Part shown: positions 1 through 13,431 of the stretch, one piece after another
How the letters are laid out: every line of letters starts with the position of its first letter
Position numbering within the stretch: position 1 is the first letter of the stretch
Assembly (NCBI GenBank): GCA_051294375.1
Contig: CM119270.1
Location: 7,767,817 to 7,831,816 of the forward strand
Reading direction: 5' to 3'
DNA: 64,000 bases
From: Paraspadella gotoi
Taxonomy: Eukaryota > Animalia > Chaetognatha
Position numbers and translations under genes: made by a program
Notes under the pieces: generated by a model
Databases searched by the model: none
Told to the model about the DNA's origin: nothing
What the model saw: the letters and a program-made list of their open reading frames with translations, nothing else

Positions 1-767
1 CTCTTATGAAATGCCCGGCGTTAGAGTAAAAATATTTAGGTTTTTAGTATTCATACATGATTAAAAATTATTTTTAAATGTAATAATTTTTCCACTGTCG
101 GTTCCGCGCGCCACTCCAGGGCAAGTTCCGACACTTCCACTCCCACTGAGATTCTTCGCGAAAAAACTTGAGGTGGGTCCATTTTTTGACTCATGGTAAG
201 AAGAAAACGCCCCAAGCGAAATTGGGAAGGAAAAACCTCATAATAAACAAAAGATCAAAGAAGATGGAGATTCTGAACACCCGAGAAAAAAAAAAACTTG
301 TAATGCATACTGTTGAACTGTGACGCTGTACGGGTTCAAAGAAGCCGTGATACGTGACTTATCTTATGTGAGTTTACATAAAAGGTGATGTGTGCTGGGG
401 TTGTCAATGGCCAGAGTTTTGCAACATGGGAATATGTTTCATCACATATGGCATTTCACATCCTCATTCCCATCCACTAATTCCTCAGTTTCCCACTATG
501 CATCTCTTCATATCCCTTCGCACCTCGCTTAATCCTATTGTATCCGGGGAGTGGTTACTTTCCAACCAAAGCTGTCGACTGGACGTTGCTTCCAGCAGCC
601 TCGAAGTCGAAAAACTGACCCAACGACGAAACAAAAAAACGAAACAAAATAGCGTCGTCGTTTTCGTCGTCGTTGTTTCGCCTCAGCTGATGTTTTGTTG
701 GACGAAAGAAGAATTTGTTTGACGCCGAAAACGAGATTCGTTCGTTTTGAGTGCAAATCGTGAATCA

Positions 768-837
<70 letters not shown>
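768..837. repeat. (CGT/GTC)n microsatellite
   Basis: Pure trinucleotide run that explains the poly-R and poly-V ORFs. Confidence 0.95.
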
Positions 838-838
<1 letters not shown>

Positions 839-2944
839 GTTGCATCCTCATCTACAAGATCTTCAGCCTTCAGAGTTTTGGGCGGTGGCTTCGATCCGTG
901 GTGTTTTTTTCGGCCTCGAATCTATGGTGTTTTTAGTTTTCATTATTTTTTTTCTTTTTCTTTCTTTTTTAATGTTTTTCGTGTTTAACGTTTTTTTTTT
1001 ATTTTTGTCCATCTCGTTTCTTTTGTTTGTTCATTTCTTTAATGTATTTTGTTACCTTATGTTTTTTACCTTATCTCTTAAGATTTTTTTATCGAAAAAT
1101 TATGTCTGTCTTGACGTCAACTTTTGTGGTAATATTTTGTTGTGAGATTTGAAAAGGGAAGTTTAAATAGGACGACATTGTTCAAAATTTGTACCAAGAC
1201 CGACACACCGACTTTTAAAAATGAAGCTAAAAGATTTAAAGTTTACAGTCAACCAGACAAAAATTGTGTCTTGCTCATTTGTTTTTAAAGCTTTTTTTAA
1301 TCGAGAGAGTTCGCTGTGTTCGGTCAAAAAGCGTTGAGCTAAGTTTTTAACAAAAGACAAACGCGGTTTTCAAAATTTCCATCTTGTTTGCTCCGGTCAT
1401 CTTTTATTTTATATTTTTTCTTGATTTCTAAATTCTATGACTATGATTCTATTGAATCATTGGAATAACAATAATCTCAGGTTACAATAACATATTTTTC
1501 AAATTAGGTATTGTATCCGCTCGTATAAAGGATATAAATAACATAGAGGCACAGGTTTTTCCTTAAACAGTAATTCCTTAGTAATTAACTTTTCTTTATT
1601 TCGGGTTTGAAACCAACTAAAAGCGACGATTTGTAATAAGCGGAACATTTCGCAATCACCTTCTTTGTCATCATCCTTTTATATCTGGGATTCTAGTATA
1701 AAAAATAAGATTTAATTTCAAAAATTTGATAAGATTCGTTCTTTTAAAAATAAAACCGCAGTTTAATCATGACACTTTTTTCGCTTGATTCTGGATTTCA
1801 AAAATTCTCAATTTGATCGAAAATTGTTCGTTATCATTCGATTTACTAGTTTAATTTGATCCAAGAAATAGTACTATGGCACAGGTTTGAGTAAAATTGA
1901 ATGCTGAAGTTATTGAATTTCATAAGTAAACAATTTATCGCTCGCTTCAATATTTTAGTGTTCAAGGGCCTGTCACGTGATTTCTCATGACTCCACCCCT
2001 ACTTAATTTTTTTCCGCGCAAAAACTTCGTCTTCGAAATAAAAAAAAGAAAAGCATCATCCTTTGCTCGTATTAATTGGTTAATTCGATAACTAGCGACC
2101 TAATTAACAGTTAAAATATTATTTTCCTAGCGGATTATCGAAATCCGGTTTTGGTGAGCGTGAATATATTTTAGGTGAATGATCCCGATGATATTTTGTT
2201 GTCAAGAAGTTGAGTTGAATGACCTTAACATGATGCACGCCCTTAATTATATTCCTATTGAACGCAGTTTTTATAATATGTTTTACTTCCAGGTTTCTAA
2301 GAATAAATTTACGTCAGATCGTCGGAGTGTAACCGGATATTTGCGGATCGTTTTATCTTTCTTGAAAAAACATAAACAAACATATTTGTGGTAAAAATAT
2401 TTTATCATTACAGCGCAAATGATCTCACGACAATTTTAAAGAGTCATTCGGATTAAACCTTAAATTAGAATAAAAATGTAACCCGGTCGAAAAGGATGAG
2501 AAAAAAATTTTTTTTTAACCCCTGCGAAAAACTACCCAGTATTTTTTTTAAAACAAAATACAAGAAAATATCAGTTTATCAATCGAGGAGGCTTCTTCTA
2601 CTGACTTTAAGTTGCATAATCAGTGAGTTGAGAGCGGTGCATTTAGTGATAGACCTTTATGCTGATGGCAAAATTATTTCGAAAATATTTAATTATTTTA
2701 AAATTCGAAGAAAAATTTTACAGAGAAAATAAGAGTTAAAACCTAAAAGGTTTTGACGAATTATACACTTTAGTTTGTTTAATATTTTTTGTAATATGTA
2801 ACAAAATTCGAATACAAAACAAATACTCATAATAATAATATTATATCAATGAAATAACAATTTTAATCACTTGATAATACAATTCCAAACGCCGTGTAAA
2901 GGAAGCTTCTCCTTCTTTTCTTTCGAAAAAAAACAAAAACTAAT

Positions 2945-3067
2945 TTTTAGTTGCGCCGCGAGTAATCGCGGAGCAACTCTATAAGTCACGTTTTGGTCGG
3001 TCTGTCTGTCGGTCTGTTGATCTATAATTAATAATAATTTATAATATACTATAATATAATAATAATA

Positions 3068-3104
<37 letters not shown>

Positions 3105-3435
3105 AATTTATAATTAAAAACAAAAGGCGGCGCCAGTAGTCGCTTAGATTTAATTTTAAACAAATGAGCAACAATCTATAAGCAAGTTATAAGCATTTTT
3201 TAAAAAATAAAAATAAAAATAAAAATAAAAATACTAAAAAAACCCAATCTAATCGACTGCTAGCGCCGCCTTCAGGAAATATTAACACTATAAGGAATAA
3301 AAGACTAAGTTCATGTCTAAATACAAGGGCTAAGAAAGTTTTTTACTCATGTCATATCATGTGATAAAATAGAAATAAGCTTGAAAATAAAGTCACTGCG
3401 GCGCAACACATTGGAATCTCCATTCTTGTTTTTTA
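2945..3435 (+). mobile_element. DINE-1/HINE-like (non-autonomous Helentron-type) interspersed repeat, copy A
   Basis: 5' hairpin AGTTGCGCCGCGA..TCGCGGAGCAACT followed by a GTCG/GTCT microsatellite. Blocks CTATAAGGAATAAA and GCGC..CAC..TGGA..CATTC.TTGTTT are shared with 45690-46055. Both flanks are T-rich. Confidence 0.55.
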
Positions 3436-3461
3436 AATTCGACGGGTTTCCCGATGTTACG

Positions 3462-3573
<112 letters not shown>

Positions 3574-3624
3574 CGTTCGGGAATCCCTGGCCTCTTCAAT
3601 TAAATTTATCTCATCGGAGTTGAG

Positions 3625-3631
3625 TATAAAA
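3625..3631 (+). promoter_or_regulatory. Candidate TATA box of the TSP1 gene
   Basis: TATAAAA lies ~200 bp upstream of ATG 3822, just after a (CT)n tract. Confidence 0.4.
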
Positions 3632-3821
3632 GAGCGAAAGCATCTCAGATGCACTTTATTCAAGCGTCTCATTAAAAGTCGAACGAATTAAAACTGCACA
3701 AAATTATCTATTGAAGCCAATTTTTATTGATTCTTTTCTGACGGCCGTATTCTATTTTTACATAATCTACAAATAAAAACGAATGCTCTTAATAGTCAAC
3801 CGAGTTCTGTCAAACGCTATC

Positions 3822-5451
3822 ATGAAACATCCAAGATCTAACGCCATCATCGTTGTTGTTGTCATCGTTTTCGTCGCCAACCTTCCATGCCACTCCCAAC
3901 CGTTCGGCGCTCATTCCTCTTTAGAAGATGCATCGGCCCTCAAATTACCTGATGCTAAAAATAAACAATTGAATCAAAAAGCTCACTTCTCGGAAATCCC
4001 GGTCAAACTGAGCGACATCGAAACGGCGTTCGAAGCGTCGCTAAGGACTCAATCCGGCGTCGATTTAGACGCGGAATCCGAAGCGGCGTTTAAGACGGCG
4101 TTCGAGGCGGCGTTCGAAGCCGCGATTCTCTCATTGAGGCAGAGAAGAAATTCCCTCGAAAATAAAGCCGAAGAAGAGAAGAAGTTTCACGGAAAGAAGT
4201 CGATTATTAAAGAGGACGATGACGACGACGTCGCAGACGCAATCTCCAAGCCTCTGAACAATAGAGGAAAGGATAAAAGAGCAACCAATGAGGAAAATAT
4301 CCTCATTAATTCCATTAAAGACGCGGCAACGATGAATGATGCGACCAACGACGATGCGAACGTCGACGATAAAAACAACGACAAAGTGATTTCGACCGTT
4401 GCCGCAGCAAAAGACGCCGCCGCGCCCAGCGACGGATCGTCTGGTCGAGACTACGTCAAATTCGGGTGCGGCACGCCGCCATTTTGTTTTTACGACTTTA
4501 TCACGGAGACGCCCACCTCCTGCGCCCTCATCTGCGGCGGGTGGGGGTGGAGGGTGGATAAGTGTCTGCAGGAGCCCAACTGCAGGGGAGGTACATTTGG
4601 GTGGATAAAACATGCTCAATTGAGACTTTTTTTAAAACTGCATTAACTATTTCTTTTGGACTTATGTCTGTATGTCTGTATGTCTTCTATTTATTAGATC
4701 TCATTAATTACATACTATCATATATTCATGCTCAATTAATTGATAACTGATTAATCATTAATTTTAGTGAGCTATGTTCTATGTTTATTTTTTTTATATT
4801 GTATTTTGCGTATTTTTTCTCGATGCAAATACTTTACCAAGCTAAGTATTATTTGTACTTGTACTTGATAAATCGTAATAAAAATAATCAAACTTTTTTT
4901 AAATCAAGCGTTAGTTTCAATCAATAAATCGATCAGTCATTAAATCAATCTTTGATCTTACAAATCAATCTCATAATTAATCTAATAATTATATAAATCA
5001 ATCAATATATGTATTATTGACAGTTGACGGTAAATGGATCGTCATTTCTGATTGGTCCCCCTGCGAAGCCACGTGCGCCACTAACGGCGTTGGCGTCTCT
5101 CGGCGCCACCGGAAGTGCCAACAAAAGGCGCGTCTCGGCGGTCTACCTTGCAGAGGCCCCGCGGTGGAGGTGCGACTCTGCGTAGTAAAGGATTTGCGGT
5201 GCGGACAAGAAGGGGATGTAGCGAAGAGAGAACCGACGGCGGAGAGTAAGCAAATTTAAGCAAAATATGAAAATAATTTAATGTGTATGGTTTTTATATT
5301 GATACATTTTATAACGATATTAATTCTCTGACAATCAAACATTTTGTGTTCCTTTTTTTTTTTTTTTACAGAGTCGAACGTTTTGGCTTTCAACTCGGTA
5401 TGGAACCGAAATTATGCAAAGGGAGAAAAATCAGAAACTCCGTTGATGTAA
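3822..5451 (+). CDS. Secreted prepro-protein with 6-Cys module and thrombospondin type-1 (TSP1) repeat; exons 3822-4590, 5024-5245, 5372-5451 (356 aa)
   Basis: ATG 3822 gives a signal-peptide-like start (MKHPRSNAIIVVVVIVFVANLPCHS). Both GT-AG introns are phase 1 and join in frame (GGAG|gtacat...acag|TTGAC; GAGA|gtaagc...acag|AGTCG). Exon 2 reads VDGKWIVISDWSPCEATC..GVSRRHRKC..GGLPCRG..EVRLC....C, a canonical TSP1 pattern. Stop TAA is at 5449-5451. Confidence 0.85.
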
Positions 5452-7767
5452 TAAGAATCAATAAGTCGATGCGATTCAAGATACCGATGACATCAGATAT
5501 ATAGAAGAATACTCAGAAAAGAGGAAATGGAAAAAAAGGATCGAAAGTCAAGAATCGAATGGAAAAAGTGAAACGGAGTTCGAACTTTGTTCCTTATTTT
5601 CTAAAAGGATCTTAAATTTTTTTTTTTTTCTCGATAAGTTAAACCAATCGAACTCTGATTCGCTTACTTCCTCTTTATAAGAAAAATTTGCAACGTAATC
5701 CTGACTCTTTTGATTTTAAGGGATGAGATCATGAAATGAGATAAACATATTTTTTTTTGTTTAGTTTTGTTTAGTTTTGTTTTTTGTTTTTTTGTTTATT
5801 ATTTTGCGAAAATAAGAAATGTTTTGTTAGATTTACTATAAAGAAGTACAAGTAAATTTCTTTTTTTCCCTCTCACAAATGTGACATCCTTCGATTGATC
5901 AATCAATCAGGCTCGCAATTAAAACCCCTTTATCTCCTCAGAAAAAAAAAACCTTTTCATTCTTCCTGTTCTCTTAGTGAAGTCATATTCAAGTCGAGAT
6001 CATTCGTCGCTTTTTATCTCTCGATTCGAGGTCTTCATCTGGTGAGAGAACGATTTCGTATTTAACGGGTGGTCGGTGAAAGAAAGTGACGAACATCCGC
6101 TTTTAAAACTTGAAGAAATTATTTAGATTGAAACGTTTCCGCTTATCAGATATATATGAATTTTATATTGACATTGTACATAATTCTACTTTGGGAATGG
6201 GATATGAATAACTTGATTTTATTTTTAAATTCATATTGATAAAAAAAGAACAAAATTTTAAAGGAACCTCCATTAGGTAAAAATTTGAGCTAGAAATTCC
6301 CCGAAAATTATAAGCAAGAAAATAAAAGAAAAAAGATTCGTCACGGCCATGAATGAGCAGTGATGCCAAGTCGTCGAATGTTGCGTTATCCAACTAAGCC
6401 ACTGTCGGCGAGGAGGCGGCATAAAAGTTTTCCTTTAGCTTTTAATTAACAACTAAAGATGACTAAAAAATCAAACTTTGGGAATCTTAAGAAGCAAAAA
6501 ATTTGACCAAATAAAGACTGAAAGAAACGAAATAACTCTCAAAATTGTTAGCATAAATTTTCACCTTTTGGTGACAACAACCCCGACAACAACAACACCA
6601 ACTTTAGCGACTTTAACTTACCTAAATCGTGACCTAAGAGCCATGGTCAAATAGTTAATCGATTGATTCGTTTTGACTCGTTTTGTTAATTTTACTAGAC
6701 TTCTCTCTTTTTGTTATCGTCGTTTTTCTCTCTCTGAAAATCATTTTGAAAATTACATGTCGTACATATTAATTGACGAGTAAGTACAGGTAAAATATTT
6801 TATTATTTATGACCAATATTTAGATCCATTAGACAGATCGTCTTCAGGGCCTAATCTCAGTACATGCGATGACTCTCAAAGAATATGTTTTAAATATCTT
6901 GTGAAACGTCTGCCTATTTTTATTTTTTTATCAAATTCCTGAGCAAGTCATTTACTAAAGTGGTGAACCCAACGAAAAACCAGGCAAAAGAATACGAAAC
7001 CCAAGCGCCGACAAAATGGATCAGCGCGCCTTTCGAAATTTATTTGGTTTCCTTCTTCCTTCCTTTTCTTTTCCAAATTTGTTTGTTCAATCTTTATTTA
7101 TTACGTATCACTTAACGATTTAGTTTCATCTTTACTTCCATAAACTACCATGAACTGGATCTACTTTGCAAATAAGTTTCTTTTAAACTACTCTTCCACA
7201 TTTCATTTGGTGGATTTTAGGTCACGTTAATTTTATATTTCTCCCCACAGAATACAAAACAAACAAACAAATTTCTTAAAAAAATTACCGCAAAGGATAA
7301 AAAAAAAAAACATTTTGATTTTTTCTATGAAAATTTTCAAATTACTTGTTTCACTATTTTCTATTTTTATATTTTATGAAGGATTTATCTTTAGTCTACA
7401 TTCTTTAAATATATATATATTGCTTTCTTAAAAATATGTATGTATGTATGTAAATATGTATTTATTTGTTTTTGTTTTTATTCATTCACTATTTTCCCCA
7501 TTTGTTTTTTTTTCCCTTTCCCTTCTCATTTTCAAATCTTCCAAAGTCCTCTCTTCATCCTCCTCTTTCCCATTTTCTTTAATTTTCCTTATTCACTTTC
7601 TTCGCTTTCTTCTTTCTATCTTTTTACTTCTTTCTCTTCCTCAGTTTCTTTTCCTCTTCCTCCGCTCATTAGATTTCGATACGTTTTCCTCATCCTTCTG
7701 CTCTCTTCCTTTTTCCTCCTCTTTCTTTTCCAAATCGGTTGTTTAGTTCCCCCAACAAACCTCTCTT

Positions 7768-7865
<98 letters not shown>

Positions 7866-8330
7866 CTTTTATATTATGCTTTATACATTATTTATAACTT
7901 TCAACCGCACTGAAACACGAACCTGGAATAAAAAAATATAGCTAATTACGTCAGAGCTATTTTATTAATATTATTAGGTAATATATATATATACTATATA
8001 TTTTTTAAACATAGATAATGTTTCATCGTGATCCTCTGAAGTAGCATGTTCATAAAATCTTTTTCTCACTGACGCTACTCTTTCTCTTTCGCGTCTTCTC
8101 TCTTTCTCTCTCTCTCATCTCTCTCTCTCTCTCTCCTTCTCTCTCTCTCTCTCTCTCTCCTTCTTTCTCTCTCTTCTCTCTTCTCCTCTCTCTCTCTCTC
8201 TCTTTCTCTCCTTCGTGAATCCATTTTGTATCCAAGTCAGTTCGTCCTTGAAGCCTTTTTCTCGCCCCGCGCTTCCGTTTCCCGGTCTCTCTCTCTCTCT
8301 CTCCCTCTCTCTCTCTCCTCTCTCTCTCTC

Positions 8331-8364
<34 letters not shown>

Positions 8365-8552
8365 CTCTCTCTCACGGTGCTGGCTTGCGTTCTTCCCAGC
8401 GGTTCCATTGCATCTTGGTACCATTCAAGGTTCCATCTTCGTTTCCTTTGGACCATTTTTGTCTTTCTCGTCGCTCCTCTTGTGATCTCTGACAGCCACT
8501 CGAATTTTCCCTTCCTTCTCTCTCTCTCTCTCTCTGCTCCTCTTTCTCTCTC

Positions 8553-8596
<44 letters not shown>

Positions 8597-11500
8597 CTCT
8601 CTGCTGTTTCTCTCACGCTTGTGCGTTCGCGGCGTCCAGGATCTGTGTGCGCGGACGGTTGCCCGGGCGCTACGCTCCCGCCTTCCGCGCACGCACCGCG
8701 CGTCGATGGCTGCGCGACGCGGGCTAAAACCTAGTGAAACAAAACGGAACAAAAAAAAACCTGTTTATTTTGAAAATAAATTCAACGAATGGTTTGAGAA
8801 AACCTTCAGATATAAAAATGATTCTCTGCTTTCACGCTGACTAACGGATACTTTTTTTTCTCTCCTCGAATCACGACTTTTTCAATCAGAGAAAAAAAAA
8901 CAAACCAAAACATAACATTAGAACTTTATTTTATTCTACGAAATTATTTCATTTAGCGTTTTGATTGTATCTTGATTAATGGCATAATTTGAGGAACAGT
9001 TTGAATTCCTCTAGATTGATAGTGCCATTAGATGTTACGGTTTGATTGGATCTGGATTTACGACGTGATTTGATGGAACAATTTCACTGGACAAGGAAAC
9101 GTGTGTGTTGTGTATGCGTATGTATGTGCTTGTTATTAATTCTTCTTTTATCTAAAGTCAAAAATATTCAAACAAAAGTGTATGACTTACGATCTGTAAT
9201 GATTGCTTTTGTGCAGTGAGATGTTATGAATGTTGACACTATTATTTTTGGCTCGTAAAAGTTTAGAGGTGATATTTATTTATACGAGTCAATATTGACA
9301 GAAAATCGACGAAGATGTGTCATTTTGTATGTAAAAAAAAATGTTGATTAGCGTTACTAGTCTGATGTGTTCCGTCCACTCTGCGTTTGTAAAAAGTGAA
9401 TAAGTCTGAAAAAATTTTAAACTATCCGAATGTTAAAATGATTTGACCTAAGTCATACTGAAGATCGACAGCCCTTGTCTGAGTTTGATGACGTTTGATG
9501 TGCAAAATGGTTTTATTGGGCTAAGGATTGGGCTCAAAGGTTAACGAATTCATGTATAATTATTCGTGTAATTCATGTATGTATATTGTATAGTCGTAAA
9601 TTTTTTTTTTTTCATTTCTCTTGCTTTTCTCTTGCAATACGACCGTTAGCCATTTGATGCTTCAAACGAATAAGAACTACGGTAAATGATGTAAATTCCA
9701 AAAAAATTTAAACGAAATCCGTACAGTATCTGTTTGGTAAATCGGGAAATTCGATGGTGGATAAAAGTGGAAATCGTCCCAACACTTTACTACGCCCTCT
9801 TCAACCCCCCCTGTTCTGGTGAGGGGGGGAGCGAATTGGAGGAATTCCTCCCACGGAAAAAAAAAAGGAAATACAGTTGGTAATTGGGTGGAGGGAATCC
9901 CGATAATGGTTCTCTCGCTCAAGAGGGACTCGAGCCAAGTTCAAAGGGAAAATCGGGGGGGGGGGCGGTGGAGGGGGTAAGAAAAACGAGGGGGGGTGGG
10001 TGGCGCTTTAAATGGACCGAGTCAGTGAATTGGACAGAGAGATGGAAAAAAAAGAGGGAAAGGGTAAGTGGCCGGAAAGTGCGAGTTCGCGGGAAACCTG
10101 AAATCGATGAACGGATGACGAAAGTTGGTAAGTTGAAGTTGGTTAAGTGAGTAAACGAATACTTTAAAAAAAATAGGGGTCATTTAAAGGGAATCAAATA
10201 AATATTTAAAACGTTTAGTGAAAGACATGAAAAAGAATACTATGAGTTTAAATACAGAGTTTAAAATCTTTATATAAATATTAAATTGGAGATGTGAAAA
10301 ATGCGATTTTATCCTTAAAAAAAAATCCAGGTTTTTCCATTGCAGCCTTTTGATGGATGATTTGTAGCTCGTGTGCGAAGGAAGGGATTTTTGACGGATT
10401 CGGTTGAGACTTGAGAGCGTGATATTTGGGTGGAAATTTAAAAAAAAGTGGGATGGTTTTCCGGTACTTTTTGCTACTTGAATCATTTAAAACCGAATTC
10501 AAAATTATGGATAAAAATTAAAAGAAAAAGAGAAAAAATAAAGAAAGAGGGAATGAAAACATTGGTCAAAAATAGAGTAAGGAAGCCTGGCTTTTGCTAA
10601 AGTAAAAAAAATAACCCCAAGGGGTTTAAACATTTTCTCATACCTAAGGGTGACCCCTCGGAAATGTCATTTTTTGCACCCCAAGAGGATCTGCAATAGA
10701 GCCACCTCTCAATGCCAAAAAACTGTCCCTATACAAATATACAGCGAACCCGAGTACTCAGTCTAACATTAATTCACTAATAAACTGGGTCTTATTAGAA
10801 AAGAAAAGTCTTATAATACAAAATACATAAATAACTTTATTTCTTTTTTTTGTACAGATTTAAAATCCACGTCATCCAAAAAAAAACCCCACTAAATCCA
10901 AACCCCTCACACAAAGACTCGGTCTACGCACACAAAAACTGTTTAAAAAAAAATTAATCAAACACAACTGAGTAAAGTTTTATATACCTCTTAATTCCCT
11001 GGGCAGATAATTTATCCACACTTTCCCTAAACCAAAAAAAAAAAGAAAAAGAATAAATAAAACTTTCCATTTTCGTTTCTTCGCTGAGGAATCAAAGCAA
11101 CGGTTTTCCAAAGACACAAAACTTAAAAAAAAACAAAAAAACTACGAAACCACAGTCGAACCCTCAAATCCCCAAATCTTCGAATCCCAAAATCTTCAAA
11201 TCTTCAAATCTCCAAATCCCCAAATCTCCAAATCTCCAAATCCCCGAATCTCCAAATCCCACGAATCCCCCAGTCATCCACAAGATCTATCAACGTCGTT
11301 TCTGCTCATCTCAAATTCTACAAGATTTATTCGTCTGATCTCAACCCCTTTTTTATTTAATCATCGTGTTCATCTCTCGACTAGTTGATCCTCAACCGAT
11401 TAAATCTAATCGTTCACCTCATCTTGCCTTAGCATTTCATTCATCCTGACCCTAATTTCAATCATTCACTGCCCCCTTCCTCTTCCGTTGCCCCCGCCAG

Positions 11501-13362
11501 ATTTAGTAATCCTGCTCCATCCGTTTTTTATATAACTCCTATGACCTATGTACTCCTGCAACGTTCTTTGCTCCATTAGTTTTCGCTTTTTCCGAGGATC
11601 CAAGCTTCCCCGTTATAAAACTCAAGATGTAAAATGTATTCATTAAAAATAGAACAAGACGTACGACAAAATACATAATTCAAACATTTTCAGATCTTCA
11701 AAAATTTCGGGATAACTCATCAGCTTATGAATTTTACATCATCGAAAACTTGATATTAAACTAACTGTTCATGTTGCGGTTATCGTGCGACAAACATTTC
11801 AAGGGAACTTACTCGCTTTCTTACATTGTCGTTTAAACTTTCAAATCCGGCCGACTAAATAGACAAGTCGGCGACCGGTCTATTCTGATCGAAATATTTC
11901 ATAATTTTAGCGTCCTCCCGACTCCCGCCGAACTTAAACGCCAGTATTTTTTCGCCAATTAACCGACGATAATTTTCCTTTCGTTTCGGCGCGACAGTTC
12001 TTAGTCTTTCAGACGACTCGCTTCTCTCTTTGGGAACAGAATCACCCCTTCGGCCGACAGATCTTCCCCATTTCCGGCCGACTTTTCAAGCCGACCGTTA
12101 TCGGTCGCCATTCCCCGTGAATTTATCGGTCGCGTGGTCCTCGCCTTGACAAGCGAGGGAGAGGCAACCTCATCACAACCAAATTAGGTGAAGAGGATGA
12201 AGAGGGGAAAATGGATGGAGGGAGAGAGGAGGAAAAGATGGAGGGGGAGGAAGGAAGGAAGATGGGGAGTGGGGGAGGTAAGATCAAAAACAACAGAGAA
12301 TACCCAAAAGAGAGACAAAAGTACTAGATTTTAGTACGGAAGAGTGAAAGCTTTATTGGGAAAAGACTGGGGAACGATAAGGTATATAGGGTTCCGTAAA
12401 GTCAGTCACTTGCTAAGGTTAAGGATGGGAAAAAAGTAAGGAAATGAGATAATGGGTAAGTGAATAAAGATGGGATTTAAAAATTGGAAGGAATCAATAA
12501 GTTAGGTTTATACTTATTTATAGTTATATAAAATTATAGTCATAGTTTATAGATTATTTATAATTATAGTTATAGTTATAGTTATATTTAGGGATTAAAG
12601 AATGATACGCCGTCGTGAATAATATAGGATTTAAATCGTATTATTATTATTATTATCGTATTACCATGTGAAGAAATAGCAAATAGCGGATAGAAAGGAC
12701 AAGAAAGAAAGTGTAGAGAAAAAAATAAGAGGAACTTTGATCATTCTTCAATATTGACCAGATCAAAGGCTTGAGATCAACCGCAAAAAAAAAAAAAAAA
12801 AAAATTAAAATGGCGAAGGTAAAATGGCCAAAATAGTCATAAGTTCTTTTTGGGCGCGGCTCACAATGAATTTGGACCGAGATTACGAGCAAGAAACTGA
12901 CTCACAATGATTTTTAACGGAGAATAAGAATAATTTGAAGCAGTCGTCAATTTGATTTTTAGGAATGATAATAAAAATAGAAAATGAGGAGATGAAAAGA
13001 AAAGAAAACGAATCGAAGGAAGAAAGGAAAAAAAGGGAAAAAATGGAGGTTCGTTTCTCGATAAGAGGAAAGGAAGGAAAAGAAATGAATCAAGAAGGTG
13101 GAATTCTGAGCGAGAGAAGAAAGAAACAAATCTCTCTTCATTTTTCTTTGTCAAGACGATGACAAAAACGACGACGACAACGACGACGACGACGATTTCG
13201 CCGACGTCTCGTTTTCGGAGTCGAACTGATCTTGAGGAAAAGGCTTGGAAATCGTGGTTTGATGGATATCCGTTGGAATATATATACACATATTTATTAC
13301 ACTATACAAAAATGTTTAATTTAAAAATGTTGGCAAGATAGATGAGAATTTAGGACAAGGTC

Positions 13363-13431
13363 ATGAAAAGAATGAAAAGAATGAAAAGAATGAAAAGAAT
13401 GAAAAGAATGAAAAGAATGAAAAGAATGAAA
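13363..13431. repeat. (ATGAAAAGA)n 9-bp tandem repeat
   Basis: About 7.5 perfect units. Confidence 0.9.

Noticed and set aside
747-1145. Poly-Arg / poly-Val ORFs resembling a protamine or membrane protein
   Set aside because: They are translations of a (GTC)n microsatellite and T-rich sequence, with no domain or splice support.
13151-13228. Asp-rich segment DDKNDDDNDDDDDFADVSFSESN* after an AG
   Set aside because: It may simply be a (GAC)n microsatellite; no linkable upstream exon was found.
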